Below are positions 45,302 to 55,484 of a stretch of DNA of 60,707 nt, piece after piece. Made by a program: the position numbers and the translations under genes. The notes under the pieces are model-generated. The model was given only the letters and a program-made list of their open reading frames with translations. It searched no databases and was not told the origin of the DNA. The stretch spans positions 1 to 60,707 of the forward strand of contig JAMOQM010000027.1 of NCBI GenBank assembly GCA_027064005.1, given 5' to 3'. Source of the stretch: Candidatus Cloacimonadota bacterium. GTDB taxonomy: Bacteria; Cloacimonadota; Cloacimonadia; Cloacimonadales; JAMOQM01. The first letter of the stretch is position 1, and every line of letters begins with the position of its first letter.

Positions 45302-46476
45302 TTGATTTTGATAAGAAAGTTAATAGGAAAAATACGAATTGCTTTAAATGGGACATTCCTGAAGTGAAACAAGATGTGATTCCGTTATGGGTAGCTGACA
45401 TGGATTTTGAAGTACCGAAAGAGATAATTGATGATTTACACAAAAGAATCGATCACGGTATTTTCGGATATTCTTTTCCTCCTGATTCGTATTTTCAAGC
45501 TTTTATTGATTGGCAGAAAAAGCGTAATAATTGGATTATCAATAAAGAAAATATTGTTTATTCATCCGGAGTAGTTCCGGCAATAATTATGGCAATTACT
45601 TCATTAACAAAAATAAATGACAAAGTTCTTATTCAAACTCCGGTTTACGGACCTTTTGCATCTGCTATTAAAGATCACAACCGGGAATTAGTAGAAAATG
45701 AACTAATCTATGAAAATAATTATTATCAAATTGATTTTAAAAATTTAGAAGAAGATTTGTCTAAAAATGTAAAAATGATGATTTTTTGCAGTCCGCATAA
45801 TCCTATTGGGAGAGTTTGGAAAAAAGAAGAATTGGAAAAGATTTTATCTTTATGCAGAAAATATGATGTAATTCTTGTTAGCGATGAGATACATTCTGAT
45901 ATTATTTTTTCCGGTTATCATCATTATCCGATCGCTAAATTCGCTAATTTGGAAGATAAGATAATTACTCTTATGTCGCCTAGTAAAACTTTTAATATTG
46001 CCGGATTGAGATCATCGGTTGCTGTTGTAAATAATGAAAAAATATTGAGAAAATATAAAGCTGAATTTTTCAAATATGATGGGCATTTAGGTAATCTTTT
46101 GGGATATACCGGTTTTGAATCGGCATATAAATATGGTGAAAAATGGCTCAATAGATTAATTCCTTATCTTGAAGAAAATGTAAAATTAGTTACTGACTTT
46201 TTTGAAAAAGAATTCCCAAAAATTGAAGTTACAAAATCAGAAGGAACTTTTTTATTATGGATAAATTTTGAAAATTTAGGATTAACCGGAACTGATTTAC
46301 AAGATTTCTTTCTAAATGAAGCAAAAGTACTTTTAGATTTAGGAACAAAATATGGGGAAAAATATGGGAATTTTTTAAGATTTAATATCGGGACAAATAA
46401 AGAAATTATTGAAGAATCATTATGTAGAATGAAAAAAGCAATTCAAACCTTGGAGGGTAAATGGCAAGTGTTTTAA
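45298..46476 (+). CDS. PLP-dependent C-S lyase (MalY/PatB family aminotransferase class I/II)
   Basis: NCFKWD..., PLWVADMDF, FCSPHNPIGRVW, SDEIHSD, SPSKTFNIAGL (PLP-binding Lys). Confidence 0.75.
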   Translation: MIDFDKKVNRKNTNCFKWDIPEVKQDVIPLWVADMDFEVPKEIIDDLHKRIDHGIFGYSFPPDSYFQAFIDWQKKRNNWIINKENIVYSSGVVPAIIMAITSLTKINDKVLIQTPVYGPFASAIKDHNRELVENELIYENNYYQIDFKNLEEDLSKNVKMMIFCSPHNPIGRVWKKEELEKILSLCRKYDVILVSDEIHSDIIFSGYHHYPIAKFANLEDKIITLMSPSKTFNIAGLRSSVAVVNNEKILRKYKAEFFKYDGHLGNLLGYTGFESAYKYGEKWLNRLIPYLEENVKLVTDFFEKEFPKIEVTKSEGTFLLWINFENLGLTGTDLQDFFLNEAKVLLDLGTKYGEKYGNFLRFNIGTNKEIIEESLCRMKKAIQTLEGKWQVF

Positions 46477-47282
46477 AGGAAATTGAAAAATTATATGACG
46501 AGCCACCTATAATTTATTTAGACGAAGATAAAGATATTTTTAAGAAATTCATCGAATTGTTGAATGAAGGTGAAATAAGAACTGTTGAGAAAAAAAATGG
46601 GAAATGGATTATCAATAAAGCTGTAAAAAAAGGTATTTTAGTGGGATTTAGAATTGGGGAAATAATAAAAATTAAATGTAATTCAAGTTACTATTTTTCT
46701 GACAAAAATACGTTTCCTTTGAAAAAAGTATCGATCGAATCAAATATTCGATTGGTTCCGGGTGGTTCGTCAATTAGGACCGGTTCTTATATTGGGAAAA
46801 ATGTTACAATGATGCCACCAATGTACATAAACACCGGAGCTTACGTTGATGATGGAACAATGATTGATTCACACGCTTTGGTAGGAAGTTGTGCTTATGT
46901 TGGAAAACGTGTTCATTTGAGTGCCGGTGCAATTTTGGGAGGAGTTTTAGAACCAATCGGAGCAAATCCTGTAATTATTGAGGATGATGTTTTTATTGGA
47001 GGTAATTCCGGGATTTATGAGGGTATTATCGTTAAACAAAAAGCTATAATTGCTGCCGGTGTTACCATAACAGATTCAACACCGATTTATGATGCGGTAA
47101 ATAAAAAATATTTAGAAAAAAACGAAGATGGAATTAGAGAAATTCCTGAAAAAGCAGTCATAATTAGCGGAACTCGTAAATTAAAATCTGATGAAAATTT
47201 CTCAGTTTATTGTCCGATAATCATCAAATATCGTGATGAAAAAAGCGATAATTCGGTAATTTTGGAGTCGGAATTACGTTAA
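46461..47282 (+). CDS. dapD: 2,3,4,5-tetrahydropyridine-2,6-dicarboxylate N-acyltransferase (DapD type)
   Basis: Hexapeptide-repeat core: IRLVPGGSSIRTGSYIGKNVTMMPPMYINTGAYVDDGTMIDSHALVGSCAYVGKRVHLSAGAILGGVLEPIGANPVIIEDDVFIGG. Confidence 0.8.
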   Translation: MASVLKEIEKLYDEPPIIYLDEDKDIFKKFIELLNEGEIRTVEKKNGKWIINKAVKKGILVGFRIGEIIKIKCNSSYYFSDKNTFPLKKVSIESNIRLVPGGSSIRTGSYIGKNVTMMPPMYINTGAYVDDGTMIDSHALVGSCAYVGKRVHLSAGAILGGVLEPIGANPVIIEDDVFIGGNSGIYEGIIVKQKAIIAAGVTITDSTPIYDAVNKKYLEKNEDGIREIPEKAVIISGTRKLKSDENFSVYCPIIIKYRDEKSDNSVILESELR

Positions 47283-48412
47283 TGATTTCCAAAAAATTTA
47301 CGAAAGTACAAAAATCTGTTATTAGAAAAATTTACGATTCAGCTCATAAAGATGCTATTAATTTAGGATTAGGAGAAATCCAATTTGATGTTTCTCAAAA
47401 AATTAAAGATTTTGCCAAAAAAGTTATTGATGAAGAACGTGTACGATACACCCCCAATGCAGGATTAATTGAACTTAGAAATGAAATATCAAAATATTAT
47501 GATGATGAAATTAGTGCGGAAAATATTTGCGTAACAAATGGGGCAGAGGAAGGTTTGTTCTCTGTTTTAACTGCGATTACCGATTTCGGCGATGAAATTT
47601 TAATTTCCGATCCTACTTTTATTGCTTATGAATCCATTATCAATATGGTCGGCGGAAAAGCTGTTAAGTTTGATTTGAATTGTAATGATAATTTTAATAT
47701 TGATTTTTCTGATTTGAATAAAAAAATATCGGTCAAAACCAAGGCAATTCTCATCAACAATCCTTTAAATCCTACCGGTAGAAAATTGTCTGAACGAGAA
47801 TTTGAAAAAATAATTAAATTTGCAAAATTAAATAATCTTATTCTTATTTCAGATGAAATATATCGTGAATTGGTTTTCGGCAGTATTCCAAAGAGTTTTC
47901 TTAATGAATATGATAATGCCATTGTTATCTCAGGATTATCAAAATCTCATTTGATGACCGGGTGGAGATTAGGTTGGGCAGCTTCTCAAAATAAGGATTT
48001 AATGAAAGCAATTACGACAGCTCATCAATATATTGCAACCTGTGCTCCGTTTGTGTCTCAGAAAATAGCGTCATTTGTTGTAAATCAAAATGATGAGGTT
48101 GAAAAATTAAAAGAGATTCTTCGAGAGAATAAAGACTATGTCATCAATTTCTTAATTCAGAATAATATTGAATTTATTACTCCGGATTTTGCACCCTATA
48201 TTTTTATTAAATTGAATTTAGATGATTATGATTTCTGTAAATATTCTGCTAAACATAAGTTAATAATTATTCCGGGTAGCGGATTTGGGAAAAACTCAAA
48301 AAATTATGTACGATTAAGCTACGGATTAGAAAAGACAAAACTTATGTTAGGTTTAGAACTTTTTCTAGAAAATCGAAAAAACTATTTGGCACGGGAAAAT
48401 ATCATAATTTAA
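47282..48412 (+). CDS. Class I/II aminotransferase (aspartate / N-succinyl-diaminopimelate aminotransferase-like)
   Basis: YTPNAG, NNPLNPTG, SDEIY, SGLSKSHLMTGWRLGW (PLP Lys). Adjacent to dapD with an overlapping stop and start. Confidence 0.75.
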   Translation: MISKKFTKVQKSVIRKIYDSAHKDAINLGLGEIQFDVSQKIKDFAKKVIDEERVRYTPNAGLIELRNEISKYYDDEISAENICVTNGAEEGLFSVLTAITDFGDEILISDPTFIAYESIINMVGGKAVKFDLNCNDNFNIDFSDLNKKISVKTKAILINNPLNPTGRKLSEREFEKIIKFAKLNNLILISDEIYRELVFGSIPKSFLNEYDNAIVISGLSKSHLMTGWRLGWAASQNKDLMKAITTAHQYIATCAPFVSQKIASFVVNQNDEVEKLKEILRENKDYVINFLIQNNIEFITPDFAPYIFIKLNLDDYDFCKYSAKHKLIIIPGSGFGKNSKNYVRLSYGLEKTKLMLGLELFLENRKNYLARENIII

Positions 48413-49580
48413 CTTTTTCAATTAAAAACATTGTTATATCGTCCGGGATTTTGTCTTTTTCCAATATACCCATTTGAGTAATGAATGTTTCTTTTGAAAA
48501 ATTAGATAGGGAACAAATTGAAAGGATAAATTTATTCTTGTCTTCCAATTCTGAGAAATCCATAATATCGTAAATACCGTCCGATAAAAAGAATATTTTA
48601 TCAAAATCATAAAATTTAATTGTGTAAATTTCAAAATCAACAGATTTTAGTATTCCAACCGGAAAGCTTTTTAAATCAGGAAATGTTGTTTTGCCATTTT
48701 TTATTATTATTGGAAAAGGGAATTGTCCGCCATTAGAAGCGATTATTTCTTCTTTTTCTAAATCTATTATTCCATAAAAAATTGTGAGAAATTTTTCAAT
48801 ATTTTCTGCTAAGATTTCATCATTAAGCCGTTTTAAAAGTTTTGCCGGGTGGAAGATGGTATCATCGCCTTCCTTAATATATTCTTCCAGAAAATTATTG
48901 ATTTTATTTTTCAGAACAATTGTGATAAAAGCTGAAGGTACTCCATGCCCGGAAATATCAGAGAAATAAAAACCTATATGAGTATCATCAATTCTAAAAT
49001 AGTTCAAAAAATCTCCGCTAACATATTGTGATGGAAATAAATTGTAACTTAATTTAAAGTTGTTAATTACTTTATCGTTTTCCGGTAGCATCTTAAATTG
49101 GATTTGCCTGCCGGCTTCTTCATCTTTTTCAATTATTTTAATATTTCTCATCAATTCTTCATTCGCTTTTTCTAAATTGTCCCGATAAGTTTTATTTTCA
49201 GCTAATAATTTGCCTTTTTCCAAAGATCTGGTAATTGAAAAATTAAGCACATTAACATCGGTTATCGGTTTGTTAATATAGTCCCAAGCTCCGGCTCTTA
49301 TGGCTTCTAAAGCTTCTTCAATCAAATCATTTCCTGAAATTACAATAATTGGGGTTTCTTGATCGGTTTTTCGAATTTCTTTTATAAATTCAATTCCATC
49401 CATCTTTGGCATGTGTATATCAACCAAAATTAGATCAGGCGATTTTTCTTTATATAATTCAAGACCCTCTTCTCCATTTTCGGCTGTTATTGATTCGTAA
49501 TTCAATATCTCCAAAGTGTAGTGCATTGTTTCTCTAATCAATTCTTCATCATCAATAACTAAAATTCTAATTTTTCCCAT
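48402..49580 (-). CDS. Response-regulator receiver fused to a PP2C/SpoIIE-type phosphatase
   Basis: REC: ILVIDDEE...DLILVDIHMPKMDG...PIIVISG. The C-terminal SpoIIE pattern is SGDF...DISGHGVPSAF...SDGI. ATG 49580 after GAGGAG is preferred to the listed 49616. Confidence 0.8.
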   Translation of the reverse strand: MGKIRILVIDDEELIRETMHYTLEILNYESITAENGEEGLELYKEKSPDLILVDIHMPKMDGIEFIKEIRKTDQETPIIVISGNDLIEEALEAIRAGAWDYINKPITDVNVLNFSITRSLEKGKLLAENKTYRDNLEKANEELMRNIKIIEKDEEAGRQIQFKMLPENDKVINNFKLSYNLFPSQYVSGDFLNYFRIDDTHIGFYFSDISGHGVPSAFITIVLKNKINNFLEEYIKEGDDTIFHPAKLLKRLNDEILAENIEKFLTIFYGIIDLEKEEIIASNGGQFPFPIIIKNGKTTFPDLKSFPVGILKSVDFEIYTIKFYDFDKIFFLSDGIYDIMDFSELEDKNKFILSICSLSNFSKETFITQMGILEKDKIPDDITMFLIEKVKL

Positions 49581-49814
49581 AATATACTCCTCGAAAAATG
49601 ACATAAATTGTTTCATTTATAGCAATAAAAATATTAGTGAAAATATCTGCCAAGATGGAACGAAAGGTTATAACTTTATACACAATAAATAAATGTATTC
49701 TCACAGGTTGTTTTTATCTTCTGTAAATCCTTTTTAAAAAAATTACAAATATGAAATTATATAAGATCTAACCTAACTTTATAAAAGATAATGATTTAAG
49801 CAAGGAATATTTTA

Positions 49815-50588
49815 TTATTTTGAGAAAAAAGTTGTCCAAAGAATTTTAATGAATAATAAAGCGACCACAATTATAAAAAAAGGTTTGATTATCTTAGAGC
49901 CATTAGTAAGTACCATTTTTGACCCTACAACATTTCCTAAAATTCCAAAAAGAGCTGCCGGAACGGCAAGTGCGAATAAAACTTTTCCGTGAACCAAGAA
50001 AGTGGTTAGAGCTGCTATATTAGAGGCGAGATTTATTACTTTGGTATTTCCATTAGCTTTGACAAAATCATAATGAAGTAAGCCGGTAAAAAATAAAATT
50101 AAGAATGCTCCGGTTCCCGGTCCGAAAAATCCGTCATAAAATCCGATAATTAAGGACGCAATGATGATTAGGATATATTTTTTTTTATTTGAAATTAGAT
50201 GAGAATTATTTATTTTCCCCAAATCTTTTTTTACTAATGAAAAAATTAAAATAATTGGAAGCAAAATTAGTAAAAGATAATTTAAAAAGTGCGGGTCTAA
50301 CATTAAAACGACATTTGTGCCTATTGTCGAACCAATCAAGGCAAATATCGCACTCCAAATGGCAAATTTAATGTCGATTAATCCGTGTTTGAAATATCTC
50401 GCTGTCGTGAAAGTTGTGCCAATACAGGATGAAAATTTATTATTTCCCAAAACTAAATGAGGCGGTAATCCGGCAGCCATGTACGCCGGAACTGAGATTA
50501 AACCGCCACCACCGGCAATTGAATCAACTAATCCTGCAAAAAAAATCAGTGGTAAAACTATCAAATATGTTGTTAGTGTAATTTCCAT
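49815..50588 (-). CDS. TSUP (TauE/SafE) family membrane transporter
   Basis: GGGGLISVPAYMAAGLPPHLVLGNNKFSS and a second GPGTGAFLILFF half-repeat. About 8 TM segments. Confidence 0.8.
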   Translation of the reverse strand: MEITLTTYLIVLPLIFFAGLVDSIAGGGGLISVPAYMAAGLPPHLVLGNNKFSSCIGTTFTTARYFKHGLIDIKFAIWSAIFALIGSTIGTNVVLMLDPHFLNYLLLILLPIILIFSLVKKDLGKINNSHLISNKKKYILIIIASLIIGFYDGFFGPGTGAFLILFFTGLLHYDFVKANGNTKVINLASNIAALTTFLVHGKVLFALAVPAALFGILGNVVGSKMVLTNGSKIIKPFFIIVVALLFIKILWTTFFSK

Positions 50589-51331
50589 TATTTTATCCTA
50601 TATTCTAACGCAACGTTTCTAATCAAATATGAAGCAGCCCACATCCCCATAATTGCGGGTAGATAACTGATACTGCTTAAAGTTCCACGTTGTCTTCCAC
50701 GTGTACTTCCTAATTCTTCTTCACTTCCCTCTTCAAAAGCAAATTGCGGTATCGGCTTTTCTAAAGAATAAATTACCGGAATTCCGGATTCGATTCCCCG
50801 TCGTCTGAGATATTTTCTAACTCTTTTAGCTAACGGGCAGACATTACTTTTTGAAATGTCATCCAATCTTATTTGAGAAGGATCGAGTTTTCCACCGGCT
50901 CCCATAACCGAGATTATTTTAATTTCTTTTTTGTAAGCATCTTCTAAAAGTCCTACTTTTGGATTTAAACTATCGATTGCATCTACAATAAAATCAATAT
51001 CTTTCAAAAGAAATTCCCGAGATTCTACTGCACAAAAATCATTAAAAATCTCTACTTTGGCATTTGGATTAATATCCAAGATTCGATCTTTCATCGCCTC
51101 GGTTTTCAATTTGTTGATATTACTGTGCAGGGCGATGAGTTGCCGATTGATATTTGATTTCGAAACTTTATCAAAATCTACTAATAAAAAATTTTCTATT
51201 CCCGAGCGAGCTAAAGCTTCCGTAGCATAAGTTCCAACACCACCTAAACCCATAATTGCGACTCTGTTTTTTTTTAATTTTTCGATACCTTCAGTACCAA
51301 TTAGCAGCTTTGTCCTTTTTAAAATTTCCAT
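50588..51331 (-). CDS. tcdA: tRNA threonylcarbamoyladenosine dehydratase (ThiF-family, TcdA/CsdL)
   Basis: VAIMGLGGVGTYATEALARSGIENFLLVDFDKVSKSNINRQ, DAIDS, ISVMGAGGK. Confidence 0.8.
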   Translation of the reverse strand: MEILKRTKLLIGTEGIEKLKKNRVAIMGLGGVGTYATEALARSGIENFLLVDFDKVSKSNINRQLIALHSNINKLKTEAMKDRILDINPNAKVEIFNDFCAVESREFLLKDIDFIVDAIDSLNPKVGLLEDAYKKEIKIISVMGAGGKLDPSQIRLDDISKSNVCPLAKRVRKYLRRRGIESGIPVIYSLEKPIPQFAFEEGSEEELGSTRGRQRGTLSSISYLPAIMGMWAASYLIRNVALEYRIK

Positions 51332-51340
51332 TTAAAATTC

Positions 51341-52129
51341 CTATTTAATAATGATGTCATTAAAACCGGTATATAAATTAAATCTGTTTCCTCGTGTAAA
51401 TCCAATGATAAAAATATGATATTTCCAACCTAATCGAATTGTCTCTGAAGTTGGAGCTGAATGCGAGACAATCATGGGGATTTTTGCCCGAATTATTTTC
51501 CTAGTTATTTCAGAAGAAATTCTTCCGCTTGTAAACAATATGGTTTTTGAAAGGTCAATTTCTTCTAAAAGAGCTTCGCCTATGATTTTGTCCACGGCAT
51601 TATGTCGCCCTAAATCTTCTGCAAAAAATAATATTTTATTGGATCGGATTAAAGCTGCTGCGTGAACTCCACCTGTTTCAAGAAATAATTTTGAATCTTT
51701 TTGAAATTGTCTTGAAATTTGAGATATCTTTGTAGAATCAATCTCTATTTTGTTCCACTCATTTTCTTTAAGATTTGAATTATTTGAAAGAACTGAACCA
51801 CAGCCGGAAGTTTTTTCTCCGGTGTTCAAAAATGAATCGATAACTTTTTGCTCAATATCAAGTGTAAAATCAAACCAATTATTCTCAGGAAAATATTCAA
51901 AAGCCAAGATTTGATCAGTACTTTGAATTAATCCTTCGGAAAAAATGAAACCGAGAGCTAAATTATCAATCTTATCATCTAAGCAAGAAATCGTAACAAG
52001 TTTTTTCATATTAATTGAAATAGTTAACGAAATTTCTCGAATAACAACGTCTGTTTTCCACTTTTTTTGACCATCTCTAACTTGAATTATCTCTGTCAGA
52101 ATTTTTTTATTATCCATAATCCTATCCAA
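51341..52129 (-). CDS. fdhD: Formate dehydrogenase accessory sulfurtransferase FdhD
   Basis: TSGCGS, GGVHAAAL, LGRHNAVDK, TSGRISSEI, SAPTS. Confidence 0.8.
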   Translation of the reverse strand: MDRIMDNKKILTEIIQVRDGQKKWKTDVVIREISLTISINMKKLVTISCLDDKIDNLALGFIFSEGLIQSTDQILAFEYFPENNWFDFTLDIEQKVIDSFLNTGEKTSGCGSVLSNNSNLKENEWNKIEIDSTKISQISRQFQKDSKLFLETGGVHAAALIRSNKILFFAEDLGRHNAVDKIIGEALLEEIDLSKTILFTSGRISSEITRKIIRAKIPMIVSHSAPTSETIRLGWKYHIFIIGFTRGNRFNLYTGFNDIIIK

Positions 52130-52838
52130 TATTTTTTCCCTTCATTATTAGATTGTAGTTTATTGTAAATATTTTTTATTAATTTGTTTTGCAAATTACG
52201 TTTATAAATTGCCATCATGTTTTGATTGATTCAGGTTAAAGACATTAAACTACTGAGTATAGTTATAGGAATTCAGGGTTTTACTTTTATTGTAAAAAGG
52301 GAAATGAAATGTTGATAAGATTGATAACGGTTTTGAAAAATTCTATTTGAGAAAAAGATTTGTCTTTATTATCAACAATTTCCAGCCGTTATGATGAATT
52401 ATTTTCGCATTAATAGTTGTAAAATTCCAAATGATATTTCCTTCTTAATCTGTTCAACAATATATTTCATCCCCTTTTTTCACCGCAAAGTTGTTCACCA
52501 TTTAGAAGCAATTACGATAAGAGATATTTTTTCTAAGGACTTATCAACATTCGAAAATTTTGCTTATTTGAAGAAATTACCTTTCCGATAATTGCTAAAA
52601 CATTAACCGAAATGAAGATTAAATCTGCCATTATAGAATTACGTGGTTTTCGCTTTTCAAATAAAAGGACAGGTATCTATTCTTATAAATTAATTTTTTG
52701 GAATTATCTTATTCAATTTATGGCTTTGGGTGGATTGGTTATCTTTTGTATTGTGTAAAAAATGAGTGATTAATAAAAAATGTTTTATAATATATAAAAA
52801 AGACTTTACAACTTTTTGTTAATATTCAAAATTTTATA

Positions 52839-52930
52839 CACTCCGAGTCTTTATCTTTAAGGAGAATTCTATGAGGAAAGACCGATGGGCTCAAAAGGAA
52901 ACTTTTGAACCTCCCACCTTTGGAAAGGAG
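52839..52930 (+). ncRNA. Candidate Moco/Tuco (molybdenum or tungsten cofactor) riboswitch in the aor leader
   Basis: CACUCCGAG ... GAGGAAAGAC ... GGGCUC, the hairpin CAAAAG-GAAA-CUUUUG (GNRA loop), then CCUCCCAC and AAAGGAG (SD). These are the blocks I recall as conserved in the Moco RNA motif. Not verified with a covariance model. Confidence 0.5.
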
Positions 52931-52940
52931 ATAAAAAAAA

Positions 52941-54761
52941 ATGGGAGGTTTTATGAGTTATTTATTAACAGACTCAAAAATTGCAAGAGTAAATCTATCG
53001 ACAAAAAAAATCACAATTGAAAAAATCAACATGGATTTAGCCAAAAAATATCTCGGTGGTCGTGGATATGGAAGCAAAATTCTTTGCGATGAAATCGATC
53101 CGAAAATTGATCCTTTAGCAAAAGAAAACAAGATTATTTTTGCTGATGGATTGTTGAGCGGATCTTTTGCTCCAACCGGTGGAAGATATATGGTCATTAC
53201 TAAAGGTCTTCTAACAGGTACAATCGCAAGTAGTAATTCAGGCGGTTATTTCGGTGCTGAATTAAGAAAATGCGGATTCTTTATGTTGATAATTGAAGGG
53301 AAAAGTGAAAAACCTGTTTATCTCGAAATTAAAAATGATGAAATTCAAATTAAAGATGCTACTGATCTTTGGGGATTGGATACATCTAAAACAACTGATT
53401 TGTTAAAAGAAAAAATCGGTGTAAAAACTGCTAAAGTTTCTTGTATCGGTCCTGCCGGTGAAAATCTGGTTAAGATTGCCGCAATTATTAATGATAAAGC
53501 AAGAGCTGCCGGAAGAACCGGTGTCGGTGCAATTATGGGATCGAAAAATCTTAAAGCAATTGTTGCTGCAGGTAATAAAAAAATCGAGATTGAAAACCTT
53601 GAAAAATTCCGAGAAGTAGTAAAAGACAAAATCAAAAAATTAAAAGAAAATCCTGTTACCTCGGAAGGATTACCAACATTCGGAACTAAAGTTTTGGACA
53701 ACATTATTAATTCAAGTGGAATGTATCCAACTAATAATTTTCAATTAGCAACGTTCAAAGATGTGGATGAAGTTAGTGGAGAAGCTTTAGTTGCAAAAAA
53801 ATATTTTGTGAAAAATACAGCTTGTTTTGCTTGTCCGATTGGTTGTGGTAGAAAAGTTGTTTTACCGGATGGTCACGAAGGTGAAGGTCCTGAATATGAA
53901 TCTGGTTGGGCTTTTGGTGCAGATTGCGGAGTTAATGATTTAATTGCTATCACAAAAGCTAATTTTTTATGTAATGAATTAGGATTAGACACGATTTCAG
54001 CCGGAACAACTATCGCTGCGGCAATGGAATTATTTGAAAAAGGTTATATCAAAAAAGAAGATTTTGGTGATGCTGTTGAACCAAAATTCGGAAGCTCCGA
54101 AGCTGTAGTATATTATACCAAAGCAATGGCTTATCGCGAAGGTCTTGGTGATAAAATGGCGGAAGGATCTTACCGAATGGCAGAAATGTTTGGTCATCCG
54201 GAATTATCGATGACTGTCAAAAAACAAGAAATTCCCGCTTATGATCCTCGTGGCGTTCAAGGTCAGGCATTGGAATTTGCAACTTCAAATCGCGGTGCTT
54301 GCCATGTTAGAGGCTATTTGATTTCTCCTGAAATTTTAGGATTGCCTGAAAAATTGGAGACCCAAACAACTGACGGTAAAGCAATGTGGGTAAAAATATT
54401 CCAAGATCTTTCCGCTACAATTGATGCTGCCGGAATGTGTTTGTTTACATCATTTGCTTTAGGTGCTCAAGATTATGCAGAATTACTATCCGCTGCTTTG
54501 TCATGGGATATTAGTGCTGATGATGTGATGAAGATTGGGGAAAGAATATGGAATCTCGAAAGAAAATTCAATTATGAAGCCGGAATTATGCCTGAAGAAG
54601 ATACGCTTCCTGCAAGATTCCTTAAAGAAGGACTTTCAGATGGACCTCAAAAAGGTGCGGTAGTTAAACTTCATATTACGCTTCCTGATTATTATAAACT
54701 CCGTGGTTGGAATCCTGATGGTACAATACCCGAGAGTAAATTAAAAGAACTTGAGATATAA
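52941..54761 (+). CDS. aor: Tungsten-type aldehyde:ferredoxin oxidoreductase
   Basis: N-terminal AOR domain (ARVNLSTKKI...YLGGRG), the 4Fe-4S ligand region ACFACPIGCGR, ATSNRGACHVRG, and DAAGMCLF. Confidence 0.9.
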   Translation: MGGFMSYLLTDSKIARVNLSTKKITIEKINMDLAKKYLGGRGYGSKILCDEIDPKIDPLAKENKIIFADGLLSGSFAPTGGRYMVITKGLLTGTIASSNSGGYFGAELRKCGFFMLIIEGKSEKPVYLEIKNDEIQIKDATDLWGLDTSKTTDLLKEKIGVKTAKVSCIGPAGENLVKIAAIINDKARAAGRTGVGAIMGSKNLKAIVAAGNKKIEIENLEKFREVVKDKIKKLKENPVTSEGLPTFGTKVLDNIINSSGMYPTNNFQLATFKDVDEVSGEALVAKKYFVKNTACFACPIGCGRKVVLPDGHEGEGPEYESGWAFGADCGVNDLIAITKANFLCNELGLDTISAGTTIAAAMELFEKGYIKKEDFGDAVEPKFGSSEAVVYYTKAMAYREGLGDKMAEGSYRMAEMFGHPELSMTVKKQEIPAYDPRGVQGQALEFATSNRGACHVRGYLISPEILGLPEKLETQTTDGKAMWVKIFQDLSATIDAAGMCLFTSFALGAQDYAELLSAALSWDISADDVMKIGERIWNLERKFNYEAGIMPEEDTLPARFLKEGLSDGPQKGAVVKLHITLPDYYKLRGWNPDGTIPESKLKELEI

Positions 54762-54768
54762 AAAATTT

Positions 54769-54793
54769 GGAGGGATTTTTCCCTCCTTTTTTT
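54769..54793 (+). terminator. Rho-independent terminator after aor
   Basis: GGAGGG-ATTTTT-CCCTCC plus T7. The listed ORF 54767..55054 begins inside this hairpin. Confidence 0.7.
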
Positions 54794-54823
54794 GTGATTT
54801 TATTAACAACTGAAGGAAACAGA

Positions 54824-55099
54824 ATGATAAAAGTCAAATTTTTTACCTTATTAAGATTAATTGTGAAAATTAGAGAAGTTCAAATTGAGGCTGATAATAT
54901 TTGTGTAAAAGATTTTTTGCCTTTATGTGAAGAAAAAGTGAAAGTTAAATTTATTCATAAATTATTGGAAAACGGAAAATTAATTACCGGTACAATTATC
55001 CTTATCAATGGTAAAAATATTCATCATCTTGATAAAGAAAAAACTATAATTTAGGATGGTGATTTAGTTGAGTTATTTCCGCCAGGCGGTGGAGGATGA
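54824..55099 (+). pseudogene. moaD: MoaD/ThiS-like sulfur-carrier gene interrupted by an in-frame TAG (55052-55054)
   Basis: MIKVKFF... reads to TII-TAG-DGDLVELFPPGGGG-TGA. The post-TAG tail is the canonical beta-grasp C-terminus ending in GG. It overlaps the next ATG by ATGA. Confidence 0.6.
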
Positions 55100-55484
55100 T
55101 TAAATACGCCAATCTTTTCCAAAAAAACATCAATTTTTGGGGAGCTGATACTCAAGATATTTTGCGGAAAAGCTCAATTTTAATTGCCGGTTGCGGGGGA
55201 TTAGGTTCCGTAGTTTCGGAAAATTTGGTTAGAAGCGGAATTGGAAAATTAGTGTTAATTGATTATGATAAAGTTGATGTCTCAAATTTGAATCGACAGA
55301 TTTTGTTCGATCTGGATGATGTAGGAAGTCTTAAAACAGCTGTTACAAAAAGAAAATTGGAGGAATTATAAAAATGATAAAAGTAAAATATATACCATCG
55401 TTGTTAGCCCACCAAATAAGAGGAATAACAATAATTGATGATACACACAAGTTAGCGGTTATTAAAAAGGTGAAAAAGATATGA
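55096..55484 (+). pseudogene. moeB: Decayed MoeB/ThiF-family adenylyltransferase: a 91-aa N-terminal fragment plus a frameshifted 36-aa remnant
   Basis: ILIAGCGGLGSVVSENLVRSGIGKLVLIDYDKVDVSNLNRQ stops at 55371. The +1 frame then reads IKVKYIPSLL...ITIIDDTHKLAVI, which aligns with the E. coli MoeB segment DLVLDCTDNVAVR. After that the gene ends. Confidence 0.65.

Noticed and set aside
52391-52591. 66-aa ORF in the fdhD-aor intergenic region
   Set aside because: No RBS, hydrophobic low-complexity sequence, and it lies in a divergent promoter region.
54767-54823. N-terminal extension of the listed 54767..55054 ORF (MEGFFPPFFVILLTTEGNR)
   Set aside because: It starts with TTG inside the aor terminator hairpin and T-run. 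The MoaD-like sequence begins at ATG 54824, which is preceded by GAAGGAAA.
55052-55054. In-frame TAG in moaD as pyrrolysine or programmed readthrough
   Set aside because: No pyl genes or other in-frame TAGs were seen. TAG ends other ORFs normally. The neighbouring moeB is truncated and frameshifted, so simple pseudogenisation is more parsimonious.
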